A stretch of 64,000 bases of DNA from Heterodontus francisci. Lineage: Eukaryota. Position numbers and translations under genes: made by a program. How positions within the stretch are numbered: the stretch's first letter is position 1; every line of letters starts with the position of its first letter. Positions 24,680 through 38,193 of the stretch are shown one piece after another. The notes beneath the pieces were generated by a model that did not search any database, was not told the DNA's origin, and was given only the letters and a program-made list of their open reading frames with translations. Location: assembly GCF_036365525.1 (NCBI RefSeq), contig NW_027140453.1, positions 1,488,001-1,552,000 on the forward strand, given 5' to 3'.

Positions 24680-27600
24680 AAAGAGACAGTCTGTGATAGG
24701 GTGGGGAGGGGAGGGACAGATAAAGAGATAGAGGGAGACAGGGAGAGATAGAGAGACAGAGAGAGAGAAAGGCGGAGAAAGAGATACATAGAGAGAGGAA
24801 CATAGAGACAAAGACCCACAGAGACAGAGAGAGAGACAGATAGATGGAGATTGAGTAATATAGCGTTTGAAAAACAGAGACAGAGTGAGGCAGAGAGACA
24901 GAGATGGAGTGACTGCGAGAGACTGAGAGAGAGAGATAGAGACAAAGAGAGAGAGACTGAGAGAGAGAAAGGCAGAGAAAGAGACATATATAGAGAGAAA
25001 CACAGAGACAGAGACCCACAGCGACAGAGAGAGAGACAGATAGACGGAGTTCGAGTAATATAGCGTTTGAAAAAGAGAGACAGAGTGAGGCAGAGAGACA
25101 GAGATGGANNNNNNNNNNNNNNNNNNNNNNNNNNNNNNNNNNNNNNNNNNNNNNNNNNNNNNNNNNNNNNNNNNNNNNNNNNNNNNNNNNNNNNNNNNNN
25201 NNNNNNNNNNNNNNNNNNNNNNNNNNNNNNNNNNNNNNNNNNNNNNNNNNNNNNNNNNNNNNNNNNNNNNNNNNAGACAGAGAGAGAAAGTAGACAGAGA
25301 TAGAGTGAGATAGTATTAGGCACAGAAAGAGAGACAGAGTGAGGTCATGAGACAGATGGAGAGACAGAGAGAAAGAGAGAGACAGAGACAGTGAGAGGCT
25401 GATAGCCAGAGTGAGAAAAAAGAAGAACGTCAGAGACAGGCAAAGAAAGAGGAGGAAAAGGAGGGAAAGAGTAAAAGGCGGAAGGAAAACATAGAACAAG
25501 ACAAAGAGGCAGAGAGAGAGAGGGACAGAGCGAGAGTGAAAGGAAGAGAGAGAGAGAGACAAACAGAGAGACAGAGGGAGGGAGAGACAGAGAAAGACAG
25601 TAGACAGAGACCGAGTGAAATAGTGTTAGGCACAGAAAGAGAGACAGATGAGGCAGTGAGACAGATGGAGAGATAGAGACAAAGAGAGAAACAGAGAGAG
25701 AGGCAGACAGAGACAGTGAGAGAGTGAGAGGCAGAGAGAAGTTAGAATGTCAGAGACAGGCAAAGATAGAGAGAGAGAAAGGAGAGAAAGTGTAAAGGAA
25801 GGAAGGGAAACCAAGAACAAGACAAAGAGACAGAGAAAGACAGGGGCGAAGAGAGAGAAAAGAAAGAGAGAGAGGGGGCAGACAGAGAGACAGAGAGAGA
25901 CAGAGAGACAGAAAGAGAGGTAGAGAGAGAGAGATAGAGAGAGATACAGATAGACAGAGAGAGACAGTAGACAGAGATACAGTGAGATTGTGTCAGGCAC
26001 AGAAAGAGAAACAGTTGAGGTAGTGCGACAGATGGAGAGACAGAGAGAAAGAAAGAAACAGAGAGAGAGGCAGACAGAGACAGTGAGAGAGTGAGAGGCA
26101 GAGAGAAGTTAGAATGTCAGAGACAGGCAAAGATAGAGAGAGAGAAAGGAGAGAAAGAATAAAGGAAGGAAGGGAAACCGAGAACATGACAAAGAGACAG
26201 AGAGAGACAGGGGCGAAGAGAGAGAAAAGAAAGAGAGAGAGGGGGCAGACAGAGAGACAGAGGGAGAGAGAGACAGAGAGAGAGGTAGAGAGAGAGAGAG
26301 AGAGAGAGATGCAGATAGACAGAGCGAGACAGTAGACAGAGATAGAGTGAGATTGTGTCAGGCACAGAAAGAGAAACAGTTGAGGTAGTGCGACAGATGG
26401 AGAGACAGAGAGAAAGAAAGAAACAGAGAGCGAGGCAGACAGAGACAGTGAGAGAGTGAGAGGCAGAGAGGAGAAGGAAGAACGTCAGAGACAGGCAGAG
26501 ATAGAGAGAGAGAAAGGGAGAGAAAGAGTAAAGGGAAGGAGGAATACAACAAGACAGAGAGTCAGAAAGAGAGATGGGGCAGAGAGAGAGAGAGTGGCAA
26601 AGAGTGAGAGGCAGACAGAGAGCGAGCGAGAGAGAGAGACGGAGAGAAAGAGATAGAGAGAGGCAGAGAGAGAGTGANNNNNNNNNNNNNNNNNNNNNNN
26701 NNNNNNNNNNNNNNNNNNNNNNNNNNNNNNNNNNNNNNNNNNNNNNNNNNNNNNNNNNNNNNNNNNNNNNNNNNNNNNNNNNNNNNNNNNNNNNNNNNNN
26801 NNNNNNAGGCGGAGAGAGGGGCAGACAGAGACAGTGAGAGTCTAAGATGTAGAGAGGAGAAAAAAGAACGTCAGAGACAGGCAAAGATAGAGAGAGAGAA
26901 AGGGAGAGAAAGAGTAAAGGGAGGAAGGATACAGAGAACAAGACAAAGAGGCAGAGAGAGTCAGAGAGAGAGAGACAGGGAGAGACAGAGAGAGAGACCG
27001 AGCGAGACAGGAGACAGAGATCGAGTGAAACAGCGTGAGGCCGAAAAAGAGAGACGGAGTGAGGTAGTGAGACAGATGGAGAGACAGAGCGAAAGAGAGA
27101 GACAGAGAGAGAGGCAGACAGAGACAGTGAGAGAGTGAGAGGCAGAGAGAAGAAAGAAGAACGTCAGAGACAGGCAAAGATAGAGAGAGAGAGAGAGGGA
27201 GAGAAAGAGTAAAGGTAAACAGAGAACAAGACAAAGAAGCAGAGGGAGAGACAGGGACAGAGGGAGAGAGAGAGACAGGCAAACAGAGAGACAGAGGGAG
27301 AGACAGACAGACAGCCAGACAGAGACAGACAGACAGACAGACAGTCAGAGACAGATAGACAGAGATATAGTGTGATAGTTTTAGACACAGAAAGAGAGAC
27401 AGAGTGAAATAGCGAGACAGAGATGGAGAGACTGGGAGAGACAGAAAGAGACAAAGAGAGGCAGAGAACGAGAGACAGAGAGATGTGATGCTGAGAGAGA
27501 AAAGGAAGAACATCAGAGACAGGCAAAGATAGAGAGAGAGAAAGGGAGAAAATGAATAAATGGAAGAAGCAAAACAGAGATCAAGACAAAGAGATTGAGA

Positions 27601-27880
27601 GACACAGAGAGAGAGGGAGACNNNNNNNNNNNNNNNNNNNNNNNNNNNNNNNNNNNNNNNNNNNNNNNNNNNNNNNNNNNNNNNNNNNNNNNNNNNNNNN
27701 NNNNNNNNNNNNNNNNNNNNNNNNNNNNNNNNNNNNNNNNNNNNNNNNNNNNNNNNNNNNNNNNNNNNNNNNNNNNNNNNNNNNNNNNNNNNNNNNNNNC
27801 AGAGGGACGGGGAGAGATAGAGAGAGAGAGAAAGACAGACAGAGACAGGAATGGAGTCACAGAGAGAGAAAGACTTGTCA
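24680..27880. repeat. GA-rich compound microsatellite with local duplications and N runs
   Basis: Direct observation; ORFs are low-complexity artefacts. Confidence 0.9.
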
Positions 27881-28061
27881 AGAGACTTATCCAGGGAGAA
27901 GAAGATTAAAATATGGAGGAGAGAAAGTGTTTATGGAAACAGGAGACCTCCAATGGGATAATAACTCTGAAAAGGGAAGGACACGTGATTAAAAGGGAAA
28001 TTTGAAGTGAGAGATAAAGGGACAGAAAAATGAGAGAGAGAGAGAGGGGGGGGGGGAGAAG

Positions 28062-28142
28062 TTTTATTGAACTGCTTTGAAACATCGTGGGAGGTCAGTA
28101 TAGCACCGTGTTACATTCCTGTGCTCACCCCGTGCAAGAACT
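28062..28142 (+). other. TRBD: Putative TRBD segment GGAGGTCAGTATAG (28090-28103) with 5' 12-RSS and 3' 23-RSS
   Basis: TTTTATTGA-12 bp-CATCGTG | D | CACCGTG-23 bp-GCAAGAACT; ~270 bp upstream of a J; 12/23 layout is that of TRBD. Confidence 0.7.
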
Positions 28143-28370
28143 CCACCGTGGCTTGCCCTTCTCACAGGCTACCCGACTGCCTGCCCCAGTGCCCAGGATA
28201 TCCCCACCCCTGCAGCAAGGCGCCTCCACTGTCAGGACAGGCAGGAGCAGACTGAATCCTGAGTTGACCATTTCATGGGGCACATGCCCCCTGAAGAGAT
28301 AGCAAACTGCCCAGGCAAGGCGAGAGGCTTGCTGGGGTAGGAGTTTTCAATGGTGGGTTCACTCTCTGTG

Positions 28371-28419
28371 GTGAACGATCCAGCTACCTTCGGAGGTAGG
28401 ACCCGACTCACCGTTCTGG
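28371..28419 (+). CDS. TRBJ: TRBJ of the inverted cassette (non-canonical FGGR; ORF/pseudo)
   Basis: VNDPATFGGRTRLTVL + GTAAGT donor; heptamer CTCTGTG at 28364-28370 with a weak nonamer. Confidence 0.85.
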
Positions 28420-30069
28420 GTAAGTAATGCTCGAGTCCCGGTGCTGGAGGTTGAGTGGGGGGCAAAAGGAGCTGGTACACACAATAATATCTCTGAGTTT
28501 ACCGTGTCTGACCAGATGGAATCTTATTATTGTGTTGGAAGAGGCCATTTGATCATTGTGCCTCTTTGGTGCAGAGAGGGGGAAAGAAACAGAAAGGGAA
28601 AGCAACAGAAACAGGGAAATAAGCAGAGAAAAATGTGAGATAGAAAAAATGGCGAGAAAAAATGGAAGCAGAGAGAGAAAGATGCAGAAAGAGAGGGAAA
28701 GAAACAGAGAGAGAGGGAAAGAAACACCGAGCGAGTGATGATAGAGATAGATGGAAAGAAACAGAGAGAAAGAGAGAGGGAAGAGAGAGAGAGAAAGAAA
28801 CGGAGAGAAAAAATAAACAGAAACAGAGAGAGAGACAGAGAGATAGACTGCAGGCAGTAGAGAGGCAGACAGAAAGCCAGTGAGAGAAACACAGAGAGAG
28901 AATCACAAATTGAGAGAGAAACACTCCGAGAGGGAATGAGTGGCAGAGAGAGAGATAGTTTCAGAGAGAGAGTGATTTAGAGAGAGGGGGAGAGATTCAG
29001 AGAGAGAGGCAGAGAGAGAGAGAGAGAGAGAGAGTGGGAGCGATTCAGAGGGAGGGGGTGTGTTTCAGAGAGAGAGAGAGATTTAGACAGAGAGAGAGAG
29101 AGCAATTCAGAGAGAGAGAGGCAGAGAGAGAGAGAGAGTGGGAGCGATTCAGAGTGGGGGGGGGGGGTGTTTCAGAGAGAGAGAGATTTAGAGAGAGAGA
29201 GAACAATTCAGAGAGAGAGGGAGAGATTCAGGGAGTGAGGGAGAGAACCCAAGAGAGAGAGGGGGAGAGATTCAGAGAGAGAGAGTGGGAGCGATTCAGA
29301 GAGAGAGGGAGAGATTCAGGGAGAGAGGGAGAGAATCAGAGAGGGAGAGATTTACTGAGATTGAGAGAGGAAAGGAGAGAGAGATTCAGGGAGAGGGAGA
29401 GAGAGAGAGAGATTCGGGCAGAGAGAGCAGTACAGTTCTGGACCATTGACCATGGTGCCATGGTTGGCTCCTTTCTACAGCTGTCTGATTGATCCCAGTT
29501 CCTTCCCACCCTATCGCTATAGACCTGCAATTCCTTCCCTTCAGCTGTTGACCCAATTCTCTTTGTAATACTATGAGTGAATCCCACCGCCCTTTCAGGC
29601 AATGCATTCCACATCACAACAGCTCACTGCTTTGTGTCACGGGAAACAGTTTCGCCTCATTTATTCTGTCAAAACCATGACCGATTGCAAACGTCTCTGC
29701 TAAGTCTCCCCTGAACTTTCTCTTCAGGAGAACAATCCCAGCTCCTCCAGTCTCTCCACATTAACTGAAGTCTCTCATCCTTGGTGTCATCTTGTGTGAA
29801 CTCACTTTATTTCTCTTTCGTTAAAGCTTTCTGCCACTAAGTTCCTCATCCTCTTTATTTCTTATCCTTATCTCTCTCTCTACTTGCCCTCTTCCTTTTC
29901 CCTGTTGTTTGTCTCTGCTTGCCCCCTCTCTACTTGTCACCTTGTTTCTGTTCTATCATCTACCTCTCCCTCGCTTTCCTACATGCTCCGGTTCTAAGTC
30001 CGCTTTTCTCTCAGTCCTGGAGGTAGTGTTGCCCTGGATGATAGACTTGCAGCTCTGGACTGGGACTCG

Positions 30070-33000
30070 GGCAACCTCCTCCAGCCCCTACCACCCTCCC
30101 TATCTCTGTAACATCCTCCAGCCCCTACAGCCCTCCCTAACACTGTGACCTCCTACAGCCCATATACCCCTCCTTATCTCTGTTACCTCCTCCAGCCCCT
30201 ACAACCCTTCCTATCTCTGTTACCTCCTCCAGCCCCGACACCCCTCCCTGTCTCTGTAACATCCTCCAGCCCCCTACACCCTCCCTATCTCTGTAACATC
30301 CTTCAACCCCTACACCACTCCCTATCTCTGTAACCTCCTTCAGCTCCTATACCCCTCCCCATCTCTGTAACCTCCTCCAGTCCCTACAGCCCTCCCTATC
30401 TCTGTAACATCCTCCAGACCCTATAGCCCTCCCTATCTCTGTTACCTCCTCCAGCTCCTACACCCCTCTCTATCTCTGTAACATCCTCCAGCCCCTACAG
30501 CCCTCCCTATCTCTGTAACATCCTCCAGACCCTATAGCCCTCCCTATCTCTGTTACCTCCTCCAGCTCCTACACCCCTCTCTATCTCTGTAACATCCTCC
30601 AGCCCCTACAGCCCTCCCCATCTCTGTAACATACTCCAGACCCTATAGCCCTCCCTATCTCTGTTGCCTCCTCCAGCTCCTACACCCCTCTCTATCTCTG
30701 TAACATCCTCCAGCCCCTACAGCCCTCCCCATCTCTGTAACATACTCCAGACCCTATAGCCCTCCCTATCTCTGTTACCTCCTCCAGCTCCTACACCCCT
30801 CTCTATCTCTGTAACATCCTCCAGCCCCTACAGCCCTCCCCATCTCTGCAACATACTCCAGACCCTATAGCCCTCCCTATCTCTGTTACCTCCTCCAGCT
30901 CCTACACCACTCCATATCTCTGTAACCTCTTTCAGCACACACAACCATCCCTATCTCTGTAACATCCTCCAGACCCTATAGCCCTCCCTAGCTCTGTTAC
31001 CTCCTCCAGCTCCTACACCCCTCTCGATCTCTGTAACATCCTCCAGCCCCTACAGCCATCCCCATCTCTGTAACATGCTCCAGACCCTATAGCCCTCCCT
31101 ATTTCTGTCACCTCCTCCAGCCCCTACACCCCTTCCTCCCTCTGTAGCCTCCTCCAGCCCCCTAAACTCTTCCCTATCTCTGTAACCTCCTTCAGCCCCT
31201 ACACCCCTCCCATCTCTGTAACCTCCTCCAGCCCAAAAAACCCTCCCTATCTCTGTAACAGCCTCCAGCCCCGACAGCACTCCCTACCTCTGTTACTTCC
31301 TCCAGCCCCTATAACCCTCCCTATCTCTGTTACATCCTCCAGCCCCTACAGCCATCCCTATCTCTGTAACATCCTCCAGCCCCTACAGCCCTCCCTATCT
31401 CTGTAACATCCTCCAGACCCTATAGCCCTCCCTATCTCTGTTACCTCCTCCAGCTCCTACACCCCTCTCTATCTCTGTAACATCCTCCAGCCCCTACAGC
31501 CCTCCCCATCTCTGTAACATACTCCAGACCCTATAGCCCTCCCTATCTCTGTTGCCTCCTCCAGCTCCTACACCCCTCTCTATCTCTGTAACATCCTCCA
31601 GCCCCTACAGCCCTCCCCATCTCTGTAACATACTCCAGACCCTATAGCCCTCCCTATCTCTGTTACCTCCTCCAGCTCCTACACCCCTCTCTATCTCTGT
31701 AACATCCTCCAGCCCCTACAGCCCTCCCCATCTCTGCAACATACTCCAGACCCTATAGCCCTCCCTATCTCTGTTACCTCCTCCAGCTCCTACACCACTC
31801 CATATCTCTGTAACCTCTTTCAGCACACACAACCATCCCTATCTCTGTAACATCCTCCAGACCCTATAGCCCTCCCTAGCTCTGTTACCTCCTCCAGCTC
31901 CTACACCCCTCTCGATCTCTGTAACATCCTCCAGCCCCTACAGCCATCCCCATCTCTGTAACATGCTCCAGACCCTATAGCCCTCCCTATTTCTGTCACC
32001 TCCTCCAGCCCCTACACCCCTTCCTCCCTCTGTAGCCTCCTCCAGCCCCCTAAACTCTTCCCTATCTCTGTAACCTCCTTCAGCCCCTACACCCCTCCCA
32101 TCTCTGTAACCTCCTCCAGCCCAAAAAACCCTCCCTATCTCTGTAACAGCCTCCAGCCCCGACAGCACTCCCTACCTCTGTTACTTCCTCCAGCCCCTAT
32201 AACCCTCCCTATCTCTGTTACATCCTCCAGCCCCTACAGCCATCCCTATCTCTGTTACCTCCTCCAGCCCCTACACCCCTCCCTATCTCTGTAACCTCCT
32301 CCAGCCCCTTACAACCCTGCCGAACTCTGTAACCTCCTTCAGTACACACAACCGTCCCCATCTCTGTAACATACTCCAGACCCTATAGCCCTCCCTATCT
32401 CTGTCACCTCCTCCAGCCCCTACACACCTCCCTCCCTCTGTAGCCTCCTCCAGTCCCCTACATCCCTCCCTGTTTCTGTAACATCCTCCAGCCCCCTACA
32501 ATCTTCCCTATCTCTGTAACCTCCTCCAGCCCCTACAACCCTCCCTGTCTCTGTAACATCCTCCAGTCGCCACAGTTCTCCCTATCTCTGTTACCTCCTC
32601 CAGCTCCTCCAAACCTCCCTATCTCTGTAACATCCTCCAGCCCCTACAACCCTCCCTATCTCTGTAACCTCCTTCAGCCCCTACACCCCTCCCATCTCTG
32701 TAACCTCCTCCAGCCCAAAAAACCCTCCCTATCTCTGTAACAGCCTCCAGCCCCGACAGCACTCCCTACCTCTGTTACTTCCTCCAGCCCCTATAAACCT
32801 CCCTATCTCTGTTACATCCTCCAGCCCCTACAACCATCCCTATCTCTGTTACCTCCTCCAGCCCCTACACCCCTCCCTATCTCTGTAACCTCCTCCAGCC
32901 CCCTACAACCCTGCTGAACTCTGTAACCTCCTCCAGCCCCTACCACCCTCTCTATCTCTGTAACCTTCTCCAGCCCCCTCCACCCCTCCCTATCTCTGTA

Positions 33001-33290
33001 ACCTCCATCAGCCTCTACAACCCTCCCTATCTCTGTAACCTCATGCAGCCCCCACACCCCTCTCTATCTCTGTAACCTCCTCCAGCCCCCTACACCCCTC
33101 CCTATCTCTGTGACCTCCTACAGCCGCCTACACGCCTCCCTATATCTGAAACCCCCTCCAGCCCCTCCAACCCTCTTTATCTCTGCAACCTCCTCCAGCC
33201 CCAACAACCCTCACTATCTCTGTAACCTCCTCCAGCCCCTACAACTCTCCCTATCTATGTAACGTCCTGCAGCCCCCTGCTCCCTATCTC
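30070..33290. repeat. 3.2-kb 33-bp minisatellite (L2-derived) with higher-order structure, in the J-C intron
   Basis: Unit ~CCTCCAGCCCCTACAACCCTCCCTATCTCTGTAA, the reverse complement of the 8870-9850 array. Confidence 0.95.
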
Positions 33291-34229
33291 TGTTCTGTTA
33301 TCACATCATTTATAATAGTCTCTAGCATTTTCCCCACTACTGATGTAAGGCTAACTGGTCTGTAATTCTCTGTTTTTCCCTCCCTCCTTTCTTTTATAGT
33401 CTACAACAAACTGTTGATGTTGTGGTGAAGGAGAATGAACGCTGGGGTAAACACACTCCCCCCCACCCTCGCCACCACCCCCTTCCATCCCCGTCGTTCC
33501 TAACACTCATGTTTCACTCTCCCACAGAGGCAGACCAAGAGGTTAAGCATCCCACCATGACCATTTTTGAGCCATCGGAAGAAGAAATCAGGGCCCGTAA
33601 GAAAGCCACCATTGTCTGCCTGGCCAGTGGCTTCTTCCCGGACTACGTGAAGTTCTCCTGGACATGGGGGCAACGAGGAGATCGAGACGAAGGATGTGCT
33701 GACTGACAGGCGGGTAAAGGATGATGCAGGCCGCGACAGCGTGGACCAGTCGGTTGAAGATTCCCATGGCCGAATGGGCCCGCAAGCAGTATTCCTGCAA
33801 AGTGACCCATTACAGTAAAGACGGCGCGGAGATTTCTCAAGATGCCAAGATCAGCAGGAAGGCAGGTGAGTGTCTGCAATGCCTGGAATCACCTCTGCTC
33901 CACCCGAGCCCAAAGCAAGGAAGCTATACTGAACCTTTATCAATGCAATGTTACAGCCTTGAGGGAGGATGTGAAGGTGTTAGAGAGGGTGCACAAAATA
34001 TTCACGACAAAGGTTCCAGGGATGAAGGAATTCAGTTAGGTGGATAGCTTGGGAAAGTCTACATCATAGCTGAGACTTAAGAACACTGGAAGAGGCCGAG
34101 GCTATTCAGCCGTTGAAGCTTGTTCCACCATTCTGTTACATAAAGATTAATCTCTACAATTACTCTATTTGACGCCTCGGCTCAGTAACCATCAATAACC
34201 TTATGTTCACCCAAATGGTTCACCACTCA

Positions 34230-34522
34230 GAGACAGAGNNNNNNNNNNNNNNNNNNNNNNNNNNNNNNNNNNNNNNNNNNNNNNNNNNNNNNNNNNNNNN
34301 NNNNNNNNNNNNNNNNNNNNNNNNNNNNNNNNNNNNNNNNNNNNNNNNNNNNNNNNNNNNNNNNNNNNNNNNNNNNNNNNNNNNNNNNNNNTAGAGACAG
34401 AGAGTGACACAGAGACAGACAGACAGTGAGAGAGACAGATAAAGAGATGGAGAGAGAGAGACAGAGAGAGTCAGAGAGACAGAGACAGAGAAAGGGAGAC
34501 AGATAAAAAGAGACAAACACAC

Positions 34523-34553
<31 letters not shown>

Positions 34554-36820
34554 AATAAAGAAAGAGGCAGACAGAANNNNNNNNNNNNNNNNNNNNNNNN
34601 NNNNNNNNNNNNNNNNNNNNNNNNNNNNNNNNNNNNNNNNNNNNNNNNNNNNNNNNNNNNNNNNNNNNNNNNNNNNNNNNNNNNNNNNNNNNNNNNNNNN
34701 NNNNNCAGAGAGACAAGGACAGAAGGAGAGCTAGAGTCAGAGAGAGAGACAGAGACAGGAAGAGAAAGAGAGACAGAGAGAAAGAGTGACAGATCGAGAG
34801 AGGCAGAGAGACAACGGGAAAGACAGAGGCAGTGAGTGAGAGAGAGAGGCAGAGAAAGACAGAAACAGAGAGACAGAAACAGAGACAGAGACAAAGACAG
34901 AGAGAAATGGAGCGAAAGAGAGTGACAGAGAGAGACACATGGTCAAAGAGAGAGAGACACAGAGAGAGACAGAGAGAGAGAGACAGGAAAGGAAAGAGAG
35001 AGACATAGAGAGAGAAAGGCNNNNNNNNNNNNNNNNNNNNNNNNNNNNNNNNNNNNNNNNNNNNNNNNNNNNNNNNNNNNNNNNNNNNNNNNNNNNNNNN
35101 NNNNNNNNNNNNNNNNNNNNNNNNNNNNNNNNNNNNNNNNNNNNNNNNNNNNNNNNNNNNNNNNNNNNNNNNNNNNNNNNNNNNNNNNNNNNNNNNNNNN
35201 NNNNNNNNNNNNNNNNNNNNNNNNNNNNNNNNNNNNNNNNNNNNNNNNNNNNNNNNNNNNNNNNNNNNNNNNNNNNNNNNNNNNNNNNNNNNNNNNNNNN
35301 NNNNNNNNNNNNNNNNNNNNNNNNNNNNNNAGAGCGACGGAGATAGAGCGTGACACACAGAGAGACATGGAAACAAATACAGAGAGAAAAGGAGAACGAG
35401 AGAGAAAGAGTCTGACAGACAGAGAAAGACAGACAGAGACAGNNNNNNNNNNNNNNNNNNNNNNNNNNNNNNNNNNNNNNNNNNNNNNNNNNNNNNNNNN
35501 NNNNNNNNNNNNNNNNNNNNNNNNNNNNNNNNNNNNNNNNNNNNNNNNNNNNNNNNNNNNNNNNNNNNNNNNNNNNNNNNNNNNNNNNNNNNNNNNACAG
35601 AGAGACAGAGATTGAGAGAGACAGACAGAGAGAGACAGGGACAGAGAGACAGAAACAGAGAGAAAGAGAGGCAGAGACAGGGAGAGCCAGAGACAGAAAG
35701 ACAGAGANNNNNNNNNNNNNNNNNNNNNNNNNNNNNNNNNNNNNNNNNNNNNNNNNNNNNNNNNNNNNNNNNNNNNNNNNNNNNNNNNNNNNNNNNNNNN
35801 NNNNNNNNNNNNNNNNNNNNNNNNNNNNNNNNNNNNNNNNNNNNNNNNNNNNNNNNNNNNNNNNNNNNNNNNNNNNNNNNNNNNNNNNNNNNNNNCAGAG
35901 AGACAAGGAGAGGAGGAGAGCCAGAGCCAGAGAGAGAGACAGAGACAGGAAGAGAAAGAGAGACAGAGAGAAAGAGTGACAGATCGAGAGAGGCAGAGAG
36001 NNNNNNNNNNNNNNNNNNNNNNNNNNNNNNNNNNNNNNNNNNNNNNNNNNNNNNNNNNNNNNNNNNNNNNNNNNNNNNNNNNNNNNNNNNNNNNNNNNNN
36101 NNNNNNNNNNNNNNNNNNNNNNNNNNNNNNNNNNNNNNNNNNNNNNNNNCACATGGTCAAAGAGAGAGAGACTGAGAGAGAGACAGAGAGAGAGAGAGAG
36201 AGACAGGAAAGGAAAGAGAGAGACATAGGGAGAGAAAGGCAGGGAGACAGTGGGAAAGACAGAGACAGTGAGAGATAGAGNNNNNNNNNNNNNNNNNNNN
36301 NNNNNNNNNNNNNNNNNNNNNNNNNNNNNNNNNNNNNNNNNNNNNNNNNNNNNNNNNNNNNNNNNNNNNNNNNNNNNNNNNNNNNNNNNNNNNNNNNNNN
36401 NNNNNNNNNNNNNNNNNNNNNNNNNNNNNNNNNNNNNNNNNNNNNNNNNNNNNNNNNNNNNNNNNNNNNNNNNNNNNNNNNNNNNNNNNNNNNNNNNNNN
36501 NNNNNNNNNNNNNNNNNNNNNNNNNNNNNNNNNNNNNNNNNNNNNNNNAGAGTGACGGAGATAGAGCGTGACATGCAGAGAGGCATGGAAACAAATACAG
36601 AGAGAAAAGGAGAACGAGAGAGAAAGAGTCAGAAAGACAGAGAAAGACAGACAGAGAAAGNNNNNNNNNNNNNNNNNNNNNNNNNNNNNNNNNNNNNNNN
36701 NNNNNNNNNNNNNNNNNNNNNNNNNNNNNNNNNNNNNNNNNNNNNNNNNNNNNNNNNNNNNNNNNNNNNNNNNNNNNNNNNNNNNNNNNNNNNNNNNNNN
36801 NNNNNNNNNNNNNNNNNNCC
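34230..36820. repeat. GA-rich microsatellite tract, largely N
   Basis: Direct observation. Confidence 0.9.
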
Positions 36821-37329
36821 AATCTCTGTGCAGAGAATTTTCCCCCGATTTATGTTCTTGCTGTGATATGAAAACTGCGATTTATGCACAACTAATTGAA
36901 GTTTTTTCCTCTTTTTGATTTCTTCCAGGCCTCTGAGAAGGGAATGGTGAGAACATTCAATATTTTATCAGTTTGCTATGATCTGTCTTTGTCTCTCTCT
37001 CTCTCACACTCTCGCTCTCTCACGCACATACACACACACTTACGGAATGTACAGAATGATTAAGTTGGATTTTAGGGCCAGTGACTATGGTCTTTCTTGT
37101 TTGTCTTTCAGTGGAGCGGATACAGAGGCAACAGATTGTGGCAAGAGCTACTTACACTTTACTCATCTCCAAGAGCTTCCTGTATATGGCAAAGATCACC
37201 ATCGTGCTGCTCAAGGGGAAGGTATGAGAATTACTAGGACATTTTGCTGACGTGTAAAACGGACCCCATTCTCTATTCTGTAAACTTCAATCCTCTCCAG
37301 GTTTTCAGGCATCAGTGATGCACATTCCC

Positions 37330-37592
37330 CGCACTGCCTGTGCGGAGTTTGCAAGTTTTCCCTGTGTCTGCGTGGGTTTTCGCCGGGTGCTCCGGTTTCC
37401 TCCCACATCCAAAGACTTGCAGGTGATAGGTAAAATGGCCGTTGTAAATTGCTCCTCATGTAGGGAGGTGATCGGGAATATGGGATTACTGGAGGGTTAT
37501 TATAAGTGGGTGGTTGTTGGTCGGCACAGACTCGGTGGGCCGAAGGGACTGTTTTGGTGCTGTATCTCTAAATAAATAAAAAAGTAAATAAA
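37330..37592 (+). mobile_element. 5'-truncated V-SINE (shark HE1-like) with CR1-type tail
   Basis: V-domain core GTGTCTGCGTGGGTTTT..CGGGTGCTCCGGTTTCCTCCCACATCCAAAGAC, GGGCCGAAGGG tail, (TAAA)n end. Confidence 0.8.
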
Positions 37593-38193
37593 TAGGGTGA
37601 ATCACTGAACCCAGTCCATGTCATTGTGCATGTGATTCGACAGTGAAACCAGACTGTCTATTAGCACCACAGTGTCGACTGAAATCCATCTAGATCCTGC
37701 ACCAAGGGGTCCTGAATCTCCCCCACCCTCTCACATGAGGACAGAGTGAGCGATAGAGAAGGAGAAAGAGAGAGACGTAACTAGAGAGTAATAGAGACAA
37801 TGTGAAGGGGGGGGGGGGGGAGGGACAGAGAGCGAGAAAGAAAAAGACAGAGAGAGAGAGATTGACAGAAAGAGAGACAAAGAGATAGAGTGACAGAACC
37901 AGTGAGGGAAATGCTGAGAGAGTTGGAGAGAGTAAGAGAAAGGGATAGCTAGAGATAAATTGTGTGTGTGTGTGTGTGTGTGTGAGAGAGTGAGAGATAG
38001 AGAGAGAGAGAAATAGATAAATATAGAGAGTGACAGATATAGAGAGAGTCTGGGGAGATAAAATGAGAGAGAAAGGCATATCGACAGAAACAAAGAGAAA
38101 TTGAGATACGAGGGATAAACAGAGAGTGAGAGAGTGTGTCTGTATTACATACATAAAGAGAGAAAGAGTTTGGGGTAATGAAAGAGAGACAGA

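Noticed and set aside
25986-26005. GATTGTG-TCAGG-CACAGAA as a mini D segment (repeated at ~26351)
   Set aside because: Lies within duplicated GA-rich repeat with no convincing nonamers.
30070-33290. Ig switch-like region in a J-C intron
   Set aside because: The same repeat occurs elsewhere (8.9 kb, 58.8 kb) as an L2 derivative; the sense strand is C-rich, and no partner region precedes C1.
24600-36900. Long Ser/Leu- or Arg/Glu-rich ORFs
   Set aside because: Translations of GA/TC microsatellites and N runs.
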